A DNA stretch of 64,000 nt from an uncultured Porphyromonadaceae bacterium (lineage in GTDB: Bacteria > Bacteroidota > Bacteroidia > Bacteroidales > Muribaculaceae): the NCBI GenBank assembly GCA_902489275.1, contig CABTZK010000003.1, positions 52,283 to 116,282 on the forward strand. Direction: 5' to 3'. Position numbers and translations under genes: made by a program. Below, one piece after another: positions 61,254-64,000 of the stretch. Positions within the stretch are counted from its first letter, which is position 1, and each line of letters starts with the position of its first letter. The notes below the pieces were generated by a model, which saw only the letters and a program-made list of their open reading frames with translations, was not told the origin of the DNA and searched no databases.

Positions 61254-63815
61254 TCACTTCTTCATCAAGCACACATGGTCGATCACGACCCGGGCTTCTT
61301 GTCCTGGCAGTTGCGGGCGATGAAACTCCACCGTGTTGTCGCCGCGAAGCAGCTCGATTGCCACCATGTTGCTCCAGCCTTTGTTTTTCCACTCGTTCTC
61401 GCCACGGGCGGGAAAGACGAGAGTGCCTTGCCAGTGTCCGTTGGCCATGACAGAAAAGAGGGGGCACGGCTGGTGACTGTTGCCATTGGCATAGCGCACA
61501 TAGATGAGGTGTGTACCCGCCTCTGCCGAGTTGTAGTGAAACATTAGCCCCATTGGGTTATCCTCTCTGTAAATGAAATCATTAGGCGTGATTGTGCTGG
61601 CATCCACGATGTGATAATAAGGTTGAGAGAGGTAGCTGAAGGCATATTGGTCAATGCCCACAATCGCATTGACCGAAAATGGCCTGCCATTGCCGTTTAG
61701 GCGGAACAGGGTGTCGTTGATTTCATAGCGGTATTGCCCATTGACAACAAGGCGGTAGTTGGTCGCTCCATGGAAATTGAGAATCTGCGCGCTGTCTTTT
61801 CTCCAGTGGACCACAGGTGTTTCAGGCAGGGCGATGTCCTCGTTGCCCAACGTCACTTGTTGGTGAGCCGTGGGCTGGTCGCGCATCTTGATGGAGATCT
61901 GATGCCGCCCTTTGAGGTCGGCGGCAACAAAGTTGTCGTTGCCCTCCTTGCCGTCGATGCTGAACGACTCGATGTCGTTTCCAGTCCCCGTAATCGTGAG
62001 GTCGAGCACGGCCTGGCGGTACTTGAAGTTGAGGATGTGTTTCTCGCCCTTAAGAAAGACGGGAATCACGGGGTTAAACTCAATGCCGTTAGGCAGGAAA
62101 GTCATGCCCGCGTACAGGCGGAAAACCATGGCTGCGCTGGCCGCCGCGCTGCCCAACTTGTCTCTGCCTGGGGCAATCGGCTCGCCTGTGTAGGCGTTCC
62201 AAGCGTCCTGGTTGGCGCAAAACAGGGCCTGGGAGCGGTACATTGCCCCAAGCCCGCGGCGAAGCATGTTCAGGTTGCCCGTTTTGGCAGCAGCTAAGTT
62301 CCACAGCGCTTGAATCACGGGCGAGGTAATCTCGCTTGTGTTGAGCGGGTCCCGCTCCTTGCTGCGCGGATAACTGAGGGGGATGCCATAGGGCATCAGC
62401 GGCGTGCTCATGAGCAAGTGCTCGGCGCGGTCATCGTCGGCCACGTTCCACAGCACGCCGAGGGCTTGCCCCAGGTTGTCGATGCAAGGCGACTGTACCG
62501 GGTAGGCGGCGATGTAGGTGTATGGGCTGTAGCAGTTGCGACGCTCGTTCCACAAGGTCCCGTTGATGGCGTCTTTGAGCGCAATGGCTTTCTTGCCGTA
62601 GTCGCACGCCTCCCCCAACTCGTCACTCATGTCGTTAAGTATCTCAAAAGCCCTTTCGTAGAGCAGGTTATTGGTCAGGCAATGCGTTTCGTAGATGTCC
62701 TTTCCCTCCATCCACGAGGGGAATGCCGACAGGGAAGATGGAGGGGAAAACCCGCCATGCAACAAGCCCGTGCTGGGATCGAAGTTGGTGTCATAGTCCT
62801 CGTCGATCGTTTTCTTGAGCACTCGGTAGGCCCATGCCAGCCATTGCCGGCTGCCGGTCACGTTGTACACCTCCCATGCGGCCGCTGCCCATGCGGCATC
62901 ATTGGTTGTGATAGGCCACTTTGAGCCTCGGTCGATGACTCCATCCGTCACCTGGGCCTTGAGGGCCTCCATAGCGGCCGCAGGATCGATGTAGGAGAGT
63001 GAGAGCAGGATAGGGTAGGCGAGGCTGTAGTCGCGTGTCGATGTTCCAAATGCGGCGTGACCGTCGCCTTTGGAGCCCAGGTTGGTTGAAATGTCGTCGA
63101 TAGCCATGTTGTAGCAAGCGTCGACGATGTTCTGCCCCGTTTGCAGGGTCGGGTAGTTGGCATTGGGATGGCTGATTTTCCATTCCGTTTGACGATGCGG
63201 GGGCTTTTCCCCAGGATGCAGCCGCAGGGTGAGCTCGTAGATGCCCGGCTCGCTGGTTTTGTGCAGCCGCAGGTCGTCATGAAGCGCCAAGGAGGTGAAA
63301 TCCCACGTGAGTGGCCTCACGTTGCCAGCAACCCACACCCCCCGAAACTCGTCCCGATAGAGGGTGTCGCCAGTTGCGGTCACGTAGTGTCCGGTTTCGC
63401 TCATGCTTTTCTCCATGGCGCTCAGGTCCACGCGCAAGTGCAAGGTCGAGGTGCTGGAAGCCTCGTGGATGCCGTGAGGCAAGGTGTCGGGCACGCAGCC
63501 GGTCACCTGGCAGTCCTGCCCCAAGAGGGCATAGTGGTATTGGCATGACGCTAACTCGTTGTCTCTCCCGTTGAAAGCCAGGCGGAATTTGACTATGCCG
63601 CCTGCCGGCGCGCTGCCTGTGGGGGCATAGTTGGTGACAATGTGGGTGGGGGAGAGCGCCTTGGCGTGCCATTGCCCCTCGGCCACGCTGTCGCAAGTAA
63701 CCACGTAACGGTTGTTTTGGGCAATCACGTCGTTGCTCATCTCCCCGCCGTCGCACGAGGCAAGGCATGAAAGCGTCAGGAGCAGGATGAGAATGTCGGG
63801 CCAGTGGTGTTTCAT
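61254..63815 (-). CDS. Lipoprotein glycoside hydrolase-like enzyme ((alpha/alpha)6-barrel type) with C-terminal CBM6/35-like domain
   Basis: Lipobox LTLSCLASC. The central region resembles GDE/GH63-like six-hairpin enzymes. The C-terminus (YVRYANGNS...GDNTVEFH) is typical of CBM6-like modules. The CAZy family was not resolved. Confidence 0.45.
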   Translation of the reverse strand: MKHHWPDILILLLTLSCLASCDGGEMSNDVIAQNNRYVVTCDSVAEGQWHAKALSPTHIVTNYAPTGSAPAGGIVKFRLAFNGRDNELASCQYHYALLGQDCQVTGCVPDTLPHGIHEASSTSTLHLRVDLSAMEKSMSETGHYVTATGDTLYRDEFRGVWVAGNVRPLTWDFTSLALHDDLRLHKTSEPGIYELTLRLHPGEKPPHRQTEWKISHPNANYPTLQTGQNIVDACYNMAIDDISTNLGSKGDGHAAFGTSTRDYSLAYPILLSLSYIDPAAAMEALKAQVTDGVIDRGSKWPITTNDAAWAAAAWEVYNVTGSRQWLAWAYRVLKKTIDEDYDTNFDPSTGLLHGGFSPPSSLSAFPSWMEGKDIYETHCLTNNLLYERAFEILNDMSDELGEACDYGKKAIALKDAINGTLWNERRNCYSPYTYIAAYPVQSPCIDNLGQALGVLWNVADDDRAEHLLMSTPLMPYGIPLSYPRSKERDPLNTSEITSPVIQALWNLAAAKTGNLNMLRRGLGAMYRSQALFCANQDAWNAYTGEPIAPGRDKLGSAAASAAMVFRLYAGMTFLPNGIEFNPVIPVFLKGEKHILNFKYRQAVLDLTITGTGNDIESFSIDGKEGNDNFVAADLKGRHQISIKMRDQPTAHQQVTLGNEDIALPETPVVHWRKDSAQILNFHGATNYRLVVNGQYRYEINDTLFRLNGNGRPFSVNAIVGIDQYAFSYLSQPYYHIVDASTITPNDFIYREDNPMGLMFHYNSAEAGTHLIYVRYANGNSHQPCPLFSVMANGHWQGTLVFPARGENEWKNKGWSNMVAIELLRGDNTVEFHRPQLPGQEARVVIDHVCLMKK

Positions 63816-64000
63816 CTTTTTTTAGCAGTCAAGGCCATAAGCCATGAGTAAAATGCAAAATAACAAAAAAAATACCATTTTTGGAAGTTTTTTTTGCAAT
63901 AGTATGGTCATGTTGTCAAGAAAACGGCAAATTGTAGCGTTCAGCAGCAAATGCAAAATTAGGGAAAGTTTTCGAAGAACTCACAAAAAAACAGAAAAAG

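Noticed and set aside
1-64000. Mobile elements, prophage, CRISPR-Cas, restriction-modification, toxin-antitoxin or other defence islands
   Set aside because: Every ORF over 60 aa was read. None shows transposase, integrase, recombinase, Cas, methyltransferase/endonuclease, reverse transcriptase or typical toxin motifs. I noticed no long terminal inverted or direct repeats. A systematic repeat search was not possible by eye.

Overview
This is a Bacteroidales-type chromosomal segment, possibly Prevotellaceae-like. The inference rests on exact TAnnTTTG -7 promoter boxes in front of most transcription units, an rpmB-rpmG-DUF4295 cluster, a UpxY antiterminator, T9SS/GldH genes, PPi-dependent PFK and PFOR. 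I call about 63 protein genes and one tRNA(CAT). Most are housekeeping: fabD, hemW, an EF-G paralogue, ftsY, rimO, rpmB/rpmG, kdsB, pfp, nifJ/PFOR, tilS, ybaK, aroC, zapA, rny, a PSP1 protein, gldH, cca, yggS, fabK-like, yigZ, and an NfnAB-like glutamate-synthase-type pair. The only clearly accessory block is one co-directional Wzx/Wzy-type capsule/EPS operon from 29.56 to 44.2 kb, possibly extending to 46.4 kb. It has a UpxY-like antiterminator, Wza/Wzc export genes and ECA-like ManNAcA chemistry. I saw no CRISPR array, transposase, integrase, prophage or recognisable defence/toxin module, and I cannot honestly identify a convincing new multi-gene system. The items most worth a second look are: (1) an EF-G paralogue whose switch II His is replaced by Gly; (2) the capsule operon, which has an A9 tract in its antiterminator gene, a (GY)9 microsatellite tail on Wzc, and unclassified membrane, DUF4855-like and Ntn-hydrolase genes; (3) a secreted protein built from six exact 60-nt (20-aa) tandem repeats; (4) a membrane-anchored protein with a degenerate PP2C-like domain; (5) two structured intergenic regions, upstream of rpmB and between zapA and rny. 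All family assignments come from motif recognition by eye, with no searches run. Several ORF-track starts were moved downstream using promoter and terminator positions.
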